The notes under the pieces: generated by a model
What the model was told of the DNA's origin: nothing
Seen by the model: the letters and a program-made list of their open reading frames with translations, nothing else
Databases searched by the model: none
Assembly (NCBI GenBank): GCA_040954595.2
Contig: CM082598.2
Coordinates: forward strand, 8,571,097 to 8,635,096
Direction of reading: 5' to 3'
Length of the DNA stretch: 64,000 nt
Origin: Balanoglossus misakiensis
Lineage: Eukaryota > Animalia > Hemichordata
Part shown: piece by piece, positions 14,001 through 26,500 of the stretch
How positions within the stretch are numbered: the stretch's first letter is position 1
Layout: every line of letters begins with the position of its first letter
Program-made: the position numbers and the translations under genes

Positions 14001-17000
14001 TGACATTCCTATCGACCACCACTCTGCAGCAAGTGAACTCCTCTTGAGACATCGCTGCCCTAGCTGGCTGATCAAAGGGGACATTTTCATTACCAATCTG
14101 TAAACATATATGTATCAGGTCTGGCGTAAGAAATCAGTGCCAAGGAGAACATCATCTGAAATGTCAGCTACCCAGACATTATACAATGGTTTTGCCAAGT
14201 TGAATGGGCAGTAATCCACGTCCCTTCACAGGTGATGTACCACTGCAGGCTATCTTTATGTTGACCTTGTCTGTAAGTGTGATTGTTGGCGGTAAATTTA
14301 TCTTCCGCATAAGTACATCAGTCGTTATGATAGACGTGTCAGACCCGGTGTCCACCACAATCTTACAGGGAACGCAATCAACAAAACCGCATACTATGGG
14401 TGTAAGGTCTGGTCCAGACATGGTCTACGTGAATGATAACATCAGGGGCAATGTCCTTATCAATAATACCAGCTTTGTTCTGCCCCACGAACCCAGCTCC
14501 TACTCGTTACCGAAACAGATGTTGGCACCACTGAATCACGCTTTTTCTTGGGGCAGTCTCTAGCAAAGTGGACCGCCTGGGCACAAGTACAGAACTTCTT
14601 GTCCTTCGAGGGCTGGTTCTTTCTATTCAATTCAATTCAATTCAATTCAATTCAATTTATTACCCTTGTTGAAAAGTTGAAAAGTATTTACATAACTCAT
14701 GAGTGAGACAGGTTGAGAGAAAGGGTAATTGGGAAACAGAAAATAGCAGGTGCTAGTCAAGTCTGTTCCCATTCCTCTGTACATTGCGGTATAAAAAATA
14801 TTTACATTTCTATTTGAGGGCAGTGTATTTCTTTGAGAGAAGCAATATTAGGCATGTACATTGTAAAGGCAATTATGTACATAGACAGTAACTAAAATTG
14901 CATGAAATAAATACAATGAATGAATAAATTGAACTCCTATATATAAAGATATATATATTTATAGTTAATTTTCTAAATACATCTGTTTGAGCGAGTACCG
15001 GAAAGTTTTTTGGGATTTTTTGTTTTTTATTTGTTCTGGTAATGAATTCCATAAGAAAGGGCCATTATAAGATATTGCAAATTTGCCCATTGTTGTATTT
15101 ACACTTGGAATATGGAGATTACCTTGTTTTTTGTGGCGTGTACTGTAGTCATGGAGAGGTAATTGACAGTAGGTTGTCAGCCTTTGTGGAAGATTATTGT
15201 TTACAAGATCATACATGAAGGAGCATACCTGGAGCTTATGTAATTTGAAAATATCAAGGATTTTCAATTAATGGAATAAAGGAGTTGAATGAGCTGTGAA
15301 ATCACTGAAGGTTATTGCTCTTACTGCCTTTTTTTGTAATACCTTAATACGGTTGAGATATGAAGGATATGATGGCCCCCATACTTCGAGGCCGTATGTT
15401 ATATGTGGTTGGATAAGTGATTTGTAGCGTAAGGTAAGTATAGGGGTAGGTACAAAATGTCTGAGTTTAAAGAGAATGCCAACTTTCTTTCTGATGGTTG
15501 TGTTTAGCATCTGGATATGTTTTGACCAGGTAAGATGCCTGTCAATGAGAATGCCAACAAATGATGCAGCTTCTACCTCATTTATGACCATATTATTTAT
15601 GTGGAGAGAACCAACATGGGAAACGTTTCATCTTTGGTTTCTGAAAATAATGTAATTTGTTTTTAGGTGATTTATAGTGAGTTTGTTGGCATTGCACCAA
15701 TCTAGTACCAGCTGTAAGTGGCTGTCAACATGGTTCAGATTGATATCACTTTTGTTTGCAGGGAAGGTATGAAACAGATTTGTATCATCAGCAAACAGCC
15801 GAAAGTTGAAGAAGGGTGTAGAAAGGGCTATATCGTTAATAAATAACAAAAATAGAGTAGGGCCAAGGACAGAACCCTGTGGAACTCCACATGTAATATT
15901 ATGGCTAGATGAGATATGGCCATCAGCACAAACATGTTGACATCTATCTTTTAAATAATCTGTAAACCATTGTAAAGGACGTCCACGTATACCATAGTGA
16001 GAGAGTTTAGATAGTAATATTGTATGATCAATGGTATCAAAGGCTTTTGAAAAGTCAAGGAAAATGCCAAGTGTAATTCTGCCAGCATCAAGTTGCTTAA
16101 TGAGATAATTGACAAGATTGATCAGAGAGAGTTTGGTGCTATATTTTTGTCGAAAGGCATACTGATGTAAATATAGAATATTAAATTGTTCTACAAAGTT
16201 GGTAAGACGGGAGTTGACTATTTTTTCTAAGACTTTGCTTATAAGAGGTAAAATTGATATTGGTCTGTAATTTCCTGGATCATCAGTGGTTCCTTTCTTG
16301 AAAATTGGTATAACTTTTGCTGATTTTAGGGCTTTCGGGAATATTCCTGAATGAAAGGAGAGGTTGAATATGTATTCAAGTGGTTTATATATTACAGCAG
16401 CTCCATCTATAAGAAGTCTAGCAGGAATTTGATCTTGGCCACAAGCTTTGTTAGGATCTAGGCTACAAATAACTTTTTGTATTTCAAATTGAGTTGTTGG
16501 GGCAAGAAAGAATGAGTTTGAGATGGGTGCCTTGAGGTAATTATTGAAGTTGCAATTGTTAGACTTTATTTTACAAGCAAGGTCTGGACCAATACCAACA
16601 AAGTAGTTATTTAGCTCATTGACAATGTCAGTTTTCTTAGTTACGGTTCGTACCTTACCATTAGACTTAACACAAAGATTATCTGGCAGAGATTGACTGG
16701 CATTACCTTGGCTTCCAAGTATCTCTCTAATAGTTTTCCATATTGCAGTAGTGTTATTTTCATTTTGTATAAAGATATTGATATAGTACATCTGTTTGGC
16801 TTTCCTGAGTAAAGCCGATAAAATATTTCGATATTTTTTATAATTATCAACAGCAACAGCATTATTAAATTTTGATTTATATAATTTGTTATATAGCCTA
16901 TGTTTGGTGTTAATAGATTTTCTAAGTGATTTGGTGATCCAAGGTTTTCTTATTTTTTTGGTACTATAGGATTTTGTAGAAATAGGTGCATGTTTATCAC

Positions 17001-17561
17001 AAATTTTTATTGAAGACTGAATAAAAGTTGTTGTAAGCCTCATTAGCATCAGAGCAATGGTACACAGAATCCCATGTTGTGCTTTCAAGATTTTCGTAGA
17101 ATTGGGAGGGACTATAGTTTTTGAAATTTCTAAAAATAATTTTTTTTGGCAATTTTAGAGGAATATTTTCTAAAAGAGTATACACAGGGAAATGGTCTGA
17201 GTTATCAGTGATTATAGTGCCAGCATGAATAGGACGTTGATTAATATTTGTGTAGATGTGGTCAATTAAAGTCTCAGATGAACTAGTCACTCTGGTTGGG
17301 GTAGATATCAGCTGTCTTAAGCCTATACATTCCAAGGAGGATAGATATGAATCTATATTGGGGTTGGTCAGTCTTATGTTAGTATCAATATTAAAATCAC
17401 CCATTAAAATACAATTATTTTTGTCACATCTGAGCTCGTTTAAAACTTGCATGAGACTAATTTGAAATTCTGTTATATCAGTATTAGGTTTTCTGTAGAC
17501 TATTCCCATAATTAGGGTTTCGAGACCAGAGGGGTCTCGAAACCCTCTTGAAATCGTGTTG

Positions 17562-17598
<37 letters not shown>

Positions 17599-20500
17599 TT
17601 CTTCCCACTTTTAAAAACAGCCGCTATTCGAAGACCGTTGCACCCAATGACTTGAAATTTGGCTCATAGGTAAAACTAGAAGCAAGTAATTTTTTGATCA
17701 TGTCACTATGGCAACAGGTCACATGACCTGGCAGCCATCTTGGATTTAAACTTTTAAATTGGTCTAATTTGCATAAAAAATGAAGAATCCAAATTCTGTT
17801 CAGAAACTTTGTGGACCATATGGCCAGGGTCCTATATGCCAAATTTCAATGTCTAAGTCCTTGCCGATTTTGAGGAGATGATTTTTAAAGCATTATTTTT
17901 CATATTTTCCATGACCATTGGACCCAGCCATTGGCCTATACTTTCCATGGTTAAGCAATGGCCCCCTAGGATTTTAGATTTATGCCCAATATCTCAACAT
18001 CCGCTGGGCTGATCAGCTTCAAATTTTGTGTGCAGCTAGCCTACCTTCCGACAATCAGTTCCAACTGGAAAAAATAATATGGAAAATCGACCGATTTTTT
18101 TATATTAATTTTTTTATGAAATCTATACCTATACTTATTCCACTATACTTAAGCTATGGCCACATAGTTTTGTAGAATTCTGGTCAGTGCAATAGTCTGC
18201 AGCATAGGACCAAAATAAGAAGCCAAATTTAAGGCTCACCTGTGACACCTGCTCAACTCATTAATTATGTGCATACCTAATTCCAGGCAAACCAATAGGG
18301 CTACAGGTCTGGTTTTTGTCGGACATGGACCAGTATGGGGTCAAATTTTTTCCCCAAATTTTGGGTGACCTTGGGTGACCTTTGACCTACTTTCGCATAT
18401 CTCAGCATCCAGAGCAGGTACAGCTTAGGTGTTTGGGTGGATGGGACCAAAATAAGAAGCCAAATTTAAGGCTCACCTGTGACACCTGCTTAACTCATTA
18501 ACTATGTACATACCTAATTCCAGGCAAACCAATAGGGCTACAGGTCTGGTTTTTGTCGGACATGGACCAGTATGGGGTCAAATTTTTCCCCCAAATTTTG
18601 GGTGACCTTGGGTGACCTTTGACCTACTTTCGCATACCTCAGCATCCAGAGCAGGTACAGCTTAGGTGTTTGGGTGGATGGGACCAAAATAAGAAGCCAA
18701 ATTTAAGGCTCACCTGTGACACCTGCTTAACTCATTAACTATGTGCATACCTAATTCCAGGCAAACCAATAGGGCTACAGGTCTGGTTTTTGTCGGACAT
18801 GGACCAGTATGGGGACAATTTTTTTTCCCAAACTTTGGATGTCCTTGGGTGACCTTTGACCTACTTTCACATATCTCGGCATCCAGAGCAGGTACAGCTT
18901 AGGTGTTTGGGTGGACGGGACCAAAATAAGAAGCCAAATTTTAGAGTCACCTGTGACACCTGCCTAACTCATTAATTATGTGCATACCTAATTCCAGGCA
19001 AACCAATAGGGCTACAGGTCTGGTTTTTGTCGGACATGGACCAGTATGGGGACAATTTTTTCCCCCAAACTTTGGATGTCCTTGGGTGACCTTTGACCTA
19101 CTTTCACATATCTCGGCATCCAGAGCAGGTACAGCTTAGGTGTTTGGGTGGACGGGACCAAAATAACAGCCAAATTTTAGAGTCACCTGTGACACCTGCC
19201 TAACTCATTAATTATGTGCATACCTAATTCCAGGCAAACCAGTAGGGCTACAGGTCTGGTTTTTGTTTGACATGGACCAGTATAGCGTAAACATTTTCTG
19301 CTCATATTAAGCGTGACCTCACGTGACCTTTGACCTACTTTTCCACATCTCAGCATCCACAGCACATACACCCTTGGCATTTGGAGTGATAGAACAACTA
19401 ATGCAGTAATTAAATATGCACAAATCTATCTCCAGGCGAACCAATAGGGCTAGTAGTGTCTCGAAACCCGCTTATTGCTGTTCACAGCTATATTTATCTT
19501 CGTATTTTTAACATGTACCTCCATCCAGAGTGATTCTGAGTGACTGACACTTGCTGGAAGCAGCTTGTAGATTACTGAAGAATGTATGTAAGCCCCAACC
19601 CCACCACCCCTTCCTACTTCACGAGACTTCACTTCTAATGTGTAATCTTGCATATTACAAATACTTAAATTATTTGGGTCCCATACTTCAGAGATTTCAA
19701 TGATAGCGAATTTGGACTTGATAATATCTTCATATAGTATTTTTAAGGCATCAACGTTTCTGTGTAATGATCTAACATTTAGATGGGAAACACAAAATGA
19801 ATTATAAAGCTGGGGGGAAAAGTGTTCATCAAAATCATATGGTGGAAGGGTATGATGACTTACATTGAAGAGGTCACCATCATTTAGTGTTGTAGAGTCA
19901 GTGTTCATGAGATTGTTTATCGTTCAAAGGAAAAAGTTAGACAATGCTGGATAATTGTGCTTCTCGTGAGATGATGAGTGGTGCTGACTGGGCATTCTTC
20001 TTTACATAGATGTTACCGTTGTTTGTCCACATAAACTGGTACTGGGCCTCTTTCCTTGTAGTGTTGACTTTGAACAGTAGTTGACGGGTTGCTGGTAACA
20101 GGTCTTCATTGATGAAAATCTTTGATGAACTGTCAAAGCCAAAATCTCTGGCGGTGGTATTCTTCAGTTTCCTTCTGTTGTCGTAGATGCTGTTCCTTGC
20201 TTTCCTGGTGGTGAAGCGAACTATGATGGGACGTGGTCGTGGGCGGTTAGGCTGATTGTTGGTACCGGGTCTGTCAACTGCTCTCGTTCGGTGGGCGACG
20301 TCGATGTCATTATCATTGATTGCAGGGTTTATTTTCTTCATGATGGATAGAGCTGTAGCATTTATGTCTTCATTATCTCGTTCGGGAACACATGTTATTT
20401 CTATATTTGCCCTACGATGATACTGGTCCACTAGGTCTAGCCTCCAGTTTGTCCATTACCTTTTGTAGCATCTGGCTAATGTGTCCAAATATCTGGCCGG

Positions 20501-23500
20501 TTTCATCACAATCTGCTGCCACATTGGAATCACTTTTGTCAGGGTGCAGGTCCTTCGTACAAGGTCATCACTGTGGGTATTGGGTCCCCCAGCCTTACTT
20601 GCAATCAAAAAGGACTCCAACTCCAATGCCAACTCTAACGCTCTCCTCAGATTTTTAGGTTTGGCTTGTCTCAGGCGTAGCCGCATGTCGGCATCATTCA
20701 CTGCATCAACAAACTGGTCGCATGCCAGGTCATCCTGTAATTTGCTAGACATGATCGGATATGCCAATCTTACCAATAGCTCAATGTCACCAGCCAATTC
20801 AGGTAGACTTTCCCCCTTGCGTTTCACCCTATTCTTAAAACGGACACGGTAGAGGTCAGTCTGGTGTGCAGTACCATTTCTAGCTGACAATGCCGCCACC
20901 AAGGACTGGTACTCTTGACGTTTCTGCCCAGGTAGGTTACTTAAAACGGTTAGGACAGGTCCTTTAAGATTAGATGCCAGATACAGTGCTGGCTGGTGTT
21001 CAATCCAACCATTCATCTGTGCCACCAGCTCGAACTGCGCCTGATACGCCCCCCCCCCCCATGTAGTCGAACCATCGAATGCCGTTGGCCTCTGAAGTGG
21101 TTTGCTTGCATTATTAAAGGAGCTGCAAAGTGCTGATTCAGCCTGGCAAATTGGAGTACTCGCCGGCCTAGGGGCAGAAATGTCAAAGTGGATTGGCTTT
21201 GACATGAACTGGGACTGCCACTAGAGGGCGGCATCACTACTGGTCTTGGCATGAACTGGGGGGCTACCACTAGAGGGCGGCATCACCAATGGAGTAGATG
21301 TGTGTTGCATGGCACTTCCATTTTTCCCCTGGGACTCAGGATCCATTGCAGGCTGTGGCCCTTTAACGTCAAATGTTTCCTCCAATCCACACATTCTTTG
21401 CTCAACCCTCTCCTGATTAAAGGCAACATCCCAGCTTTAATTGTTCATCACTCATTCTCTTCATCTGATCTCTCATTTTTTGTACTGTAGCTGTCACTGC
21501 AAGCATGTTTTTCTCCGTCTTTTCAACTCTTGCATTTGTGGCTTCATGTCGCTGTATTACTTCGCTCATCCCTCTACTCGTTCCATGTTGTGATTTTAAC
21601 ACTGTCTGGAAATAGCTTGTAAAATCTTCCCATACTGTTAATGCTATCACTGGACTGGCTTTGACTTATTTGATGGCAGCAATGAAATCATGCCACCTTT
21701 GTTTCTGGTCTGCATACATGTCCAACAGAATCTGTCCCGTCGGAGCTTTGGGCAACTCAACCGCCGATGTGTGGGTGGGCTGGACGCTTTCCACATCAGC
21801 TGGCTGTATGTCACCCTCTGTCAATGTGACCTCTGGAAACAACAACTGTGTGGCGTCACATGTTTCTCCCATACCAGAATGCACAGCCGGTTTGTCAAAA
21901 CCACCAGCCTGTCCCCTGAACACAATTTCTTTCTTTTATATGTGAAGCGGCTACGACAACCACCATGGTTTTCTTCGGAGATTTTGGAGCTAATTCATGT
22001 TAGAGACTTTCATCTCGATAAAGCCGTGCGTTCCAACTCGCATGATGACTGGAGTATGTATAGAACACTAAGAAATAAGGTAGTTCACTTTATAAACACC
22101 GAGAAGCGTCGCTACTATAGAAGTATTTTTTCTGCAAATTCCAGTAATCCAACTGTTGTATGGCGTACTGTACATGACATTCTTTCAAATGATAACGCCT
22201 GTTCGCAAAGTCCTCGCATCACTTCCAATAACAGAACACTGTCGAATCACAAAGACATTGCAGACGCCTTCAATGATTATTTCATCAGTATTGTTGTTGA
22301 GTACCGCCAACGTCTTCCTGGCCACTCAGATTTGGCAATCACGAAAACGTGGGTTAATTCACAAATGAGCCCAAATTTACCTTCTTTTCAGCTGCCCCAA
22401 ATCCCATTTAATTTTGTGATAGAGCAACTAGCATCGTTAGATGCTACCAAATCTCATGGTTTTGACAATGTCTCCCCCAAACTTCTTAAAATCGGGGCAA
22501 ATAGTATAGCGGGTCACATTACTAATATGTTCAATTTGTCAATAACGAATGGTACTTTCCCTGATTGCTTTAAATGTGCCAGAGTTGTACCCATACATAA
22601 GAACGGGCCGAAACATGTTATTAGTAATTACAGGCCCATATCAATCTTGCCTGCTTTATCAAAGATACTTGAGAGACATGTTTATAACAGTCTGTACACT
22701 TATCTACAAAATAATAAGTTAATTATGAGTTCGCAGTCGGGTTTCAGACGCTTTCATTCATGTAATACCGCATTGCTGAAGCTTACAGATCAACTTTTGA
22801 GAAATATTGATAATGGTCTGTACAATGGCCTAATGTATCTTGACTTATGTAAGGCCTTTGACTTGGTCGATCATGATATTCTTTTAAGGAAATTGTCCAT
22901 TTATGGTGTTAATGATGTATCTCTAAAATGGTTTCGTTCATATATCTCGAATAGATGTCAATTTGTCAGTTACATGGGTGAGGAATCAAAGACTTTACCT
23001 GTTGTTTGTGGTGTTCCACAAGGTTCCATTTTAGGACCTTTTTTGTTTTTAATTTTCATTAATGATTTACCTTTGAGTCTCAGCATGGGAAACATTGATA
23101 TGTTTGCTGATGATCAAACACTTTGTGTCTCTGGCATTTCTATTGATGAGGTTGGTACAAAACTTCCAGAGGACGTTTTACCAATTTCCACATGGGTTTC
23201 AAATAATGCCATGTCAATTAACACCACCAAGACAAAATGGATGATTGTTGCCTCTCGCCCAAAGGTTAATAATGTGTCCGAGCACAGTGTCACTCCCAAT
23301 TTTAGGATCAATAATACTTGCATTTCTTGTGTTTCTTCTCACACACTTCTTGGAATAGAGATAGACAATGCTTTAACATGGGATACTCATATAGATAACT
23401 TAAGTAGAAAATTGTCAATGCGGATTGGGGTACTGAGGAAATTGCGACCTTTGACCCCAAGGCATACTCTTATGTTGGTTTATAATGCTATTTTCCTTTC

Positions 23501-26500
23501 TATAATTGATTACTGTTGCACTGTTTGGGGCAACACATCAAAAACCAATCTACAGAGAATTTATAAACTTCAGAAAAGAGCCGGCAGAGTGATTTTAGGA
23601 GTAGACATTACATTTCCTTCTCGTTCTCTTCTGACAACTCTTCATTGGTTGCCCATTGATCTTAGAATTGAGTATTTCATTGCTGTTCAAACTTTCAAGA
23701 TACTACATGGCCTGGCGCCTGATTATTTAAATGAATTTTCCTATGTTTCTGAGATGTACAATTTTACCACTAGATCTGTATGTGCCCACTTTTAAAACAG
23801 CAACTGGGCAAAGGTCTTTTATGTATCGAGCAACAAATATCTGGAACAATATTCCCCTGTCTATAAGAAGTATATACAGTCTGTCACAGTTCAAGTCACA
23901 ACTACGTAACGTTTTTCACACTAAATTTATAAATGAAGGTTCATCACTTGATTAGATTTCATGAATGTTTTCGCCATTGCGACTTGATTTGATTTTTTCA
24001 GTGTTTTTTTTTTTTTTTTTTTTCCTTGTTGTATTCATTCTCATTTCGCCTTTGAGGGCTCTGTTGTATATTACAATTCTACTTTGTAACACAGACTACC
24101 CTCTTTAAATAAAGCATAATAATAATAATAATAATATGTGTTGATAACCAATAGGTGCAATGGTCTGCACGGTCCGCATCACAATATTATACTTCCTTAC
24201 GTCCGCTGGGACTTCAAGCATATGGTTCCTTCCAAGTTTGAACTCGGCGCGTGACACATGTGATTGTCCAACGTGTTAGGTCACGTCCCCGGCTTTTGTC
24301 AAAGCCGTTGATGGCAAAGTTGTGCTGTGAAAAGCACACCAATTTCAAATGTCATACCGCGGTATTAAGCAGCAGTCGTACGCTCAAAACAACTGGACAG
24401 TTACGCACACTGATCAGTGAAAATATACTGTCACTGCAATGTGCTGCTTCTATCACGGTATATGTCCACGACGAAGAAACTGTACAGTCATTACTCAGCC
24501 GTGCGATTGGAAGACACCTCGGAACAACGGTGCACCGAACAAAACCATTCCCGCGCTGAAGTGTAACCCACCATGCAATGTCTGTCGACACCAAAAAGGC
24601 CACGCAAAATACTTTGGTAGATAATTGTCGGTGTGGAGTTTTTGTCGTCGTTTTCCTGGAAAATTTACTAACGGCGTATTGCATGTGCCAAATCAAAATA
24701 TGTCTGTAGCTTTTTTATTCGTTTTCGGGAAAGAAATGGCGTTGTTTTCTATTTTGCAGCCTCTTTCGACTTAACACCTACAGTGAATGGTATGGTGGCT
24801 ACATACCAGCTATGTGAGAAGCTTGGAATGCGTCTTCTAACTGACACCACTGAATGGAAAATCGACCAGTACTGTGTGGCCTTTAGAGCAGATCGTGGGG
24901 GGCCAATAAAAATATGGATTGATGCCACCATCATGGCAGATGGCACTGTGAAGACAGGCAGCGGTTTGATATTGAAACACACGCGTTTTGCTCCAAACCA
25001 GATTCTTGACGTCGGATCGTGTATTTACGTAATGTGAGTCACCTTCTGTTCAAGCTATTTTCCACAGTGCCAGACGGTAGATATTTTTTGTCATTGCTTT
25101 CATGATGTTAACTGTTATAGAGTTTGAACTTTCGAGATTACATGAGAGAAATGATGGCAGTTGAATGATTTGAATATGTTTGTAATTTGAATGTGTGTGT
25201 GGGGTGGGGGAGTTATTAGGTAGGCCGTGGACTCCCTCGCGTATGGTTCTTTGAAACTCCACCGGAACAGACGAACAAACTGGTGTCGCATAAACCAAAT
25301 ATAGGTTTATTACGCCTAAATAGTCCAGTGGCAGGCCTCATAAATCAAAATATCAGTGTGCACAATGTTTGTGTGCAGATTACTCAACTATAGCATGTCC
25401 TTAACCAAAATCTTAATGATGCCACCTTGGCACCATTGAGGGTTTCGAAAAATCCAAGATGGCCGCCAAGATGGCCACCAACCATGAAACAAGGCATAAT
25501 TTTGGTAATAATAGAACTACGTGTGCGGACCAACTTAAGTACAGAACTGAAGTGTCCAACTCCTTACTGTCCAACTATGGAACTAACTCCCTCACTAAAA
25601 GTAATCTTTTTAAAACATCAAACTGCCCGTGTTAGGTCTGTACAAAACACTATTGTTCTTAGCCCAAGCTGTGAACGCCGGCAGTGTAAAGTGTAAATAA
25701 GTTTCAGCCAGCCACCATGCACTACGTAAAATTCTTTATGCGAGTGTGAATTGGTGATTTTGAATGGAATTTCTGACGTTCTCACAACCCCTATCCAACA
25801 CTGTTCTGACAATATTGTGAAAGCCAGCTGAGCTGTGTAACATCAACACCTTGCAGTCGCGCGTGACCCCTCTGATGCACATCCACACTAAATAATCTGT
25901 AACACTTTAGCTGAAGCTGGTGGAGACGCAACATTTGGGAACGCTACAGGGATGAGGGGTTAAGAAAACTTCTGCTTAAATCAATCCATCCAAATTCTGT
26001 GGGGTCCGGGGTTGGTGGATCCTGTTCTAATGCACTTTTCCCCATTGCTGATGAATGTGTGCCCTTTTCACATTTTCATCAAATGCTTCTGGTGTGGGTG
26101 GCAAATATCTCAACTGTGGAATCTTCTTTATTCTGTTATTTGTACCGGTCTTTATAGCCAGCCAAACATCGTATCTGATATCAGAATTACTCCCATTCCA
26201 TTCCCATAGTAGCCTCGTCTGTGACCGCGACCTCCAGAATTTCAAATTGTGTCTCCAAGTGTTTCTTCTGTAGCATCTTGATGACTGATGCTTTACGAAG
26301 ACTATACGGTTTGGACACATCATGATAGGGCATGAGCAGCTAGCTGTGATAGAATCACGAATTGTTTCTTTCCAGTTTCTCTGTGACCGTTTGCTCTCCA
26401 CTGGATCCTTGCATCAAAGAGAGCATGTTATGCTGAATAAGTTGAACTGGTGGGAGTATGTCTGATGTCAGGTTCGATGTTTGGCTGGATATAAAGACCA

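Larger units (their letters stand above)
14626..20430 (-). mobile_element. CR1/L2-group LINE, 5'-truncated in ORF1, inserted in Gypsy gag
   Basis: ORF1 19937-20430 (L1-ORF1/FP25K-like: IDVAHR, RPIIVRF, IFINEDL). APE endonuclease 19495-19908 + 16997-17512 (LNVRSL, GDFNID, IDHIY, SDH). RT 15628-17088 (GVPQGS, FADD). (TTGAA)n tail. CTA at both junctions. Confidence 0.93.
9438..24183 (-). mobile_element. Ty3/Gypsy LTR retrotransposon, degenerate, with nested insertions
   Basis: TG...CA termini and an ATAT duplication (9434-9437, 24184-24187). 3' LTR 9438-9829 with an adjacent polypurine tract. 5' LTR remnant ~21926-21944 + 24134-24183. Domain order is gag-PR-RT-RH-INT. Confidence 0.92.

Noticed and set aside
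21690-23795. 701-aa ORF as a novel fusion protein
   Set aside because: The first 85 codons are antisense Gypsy/LTR sequence upstream of the LINE TSD, so the open frame is fortuitous.
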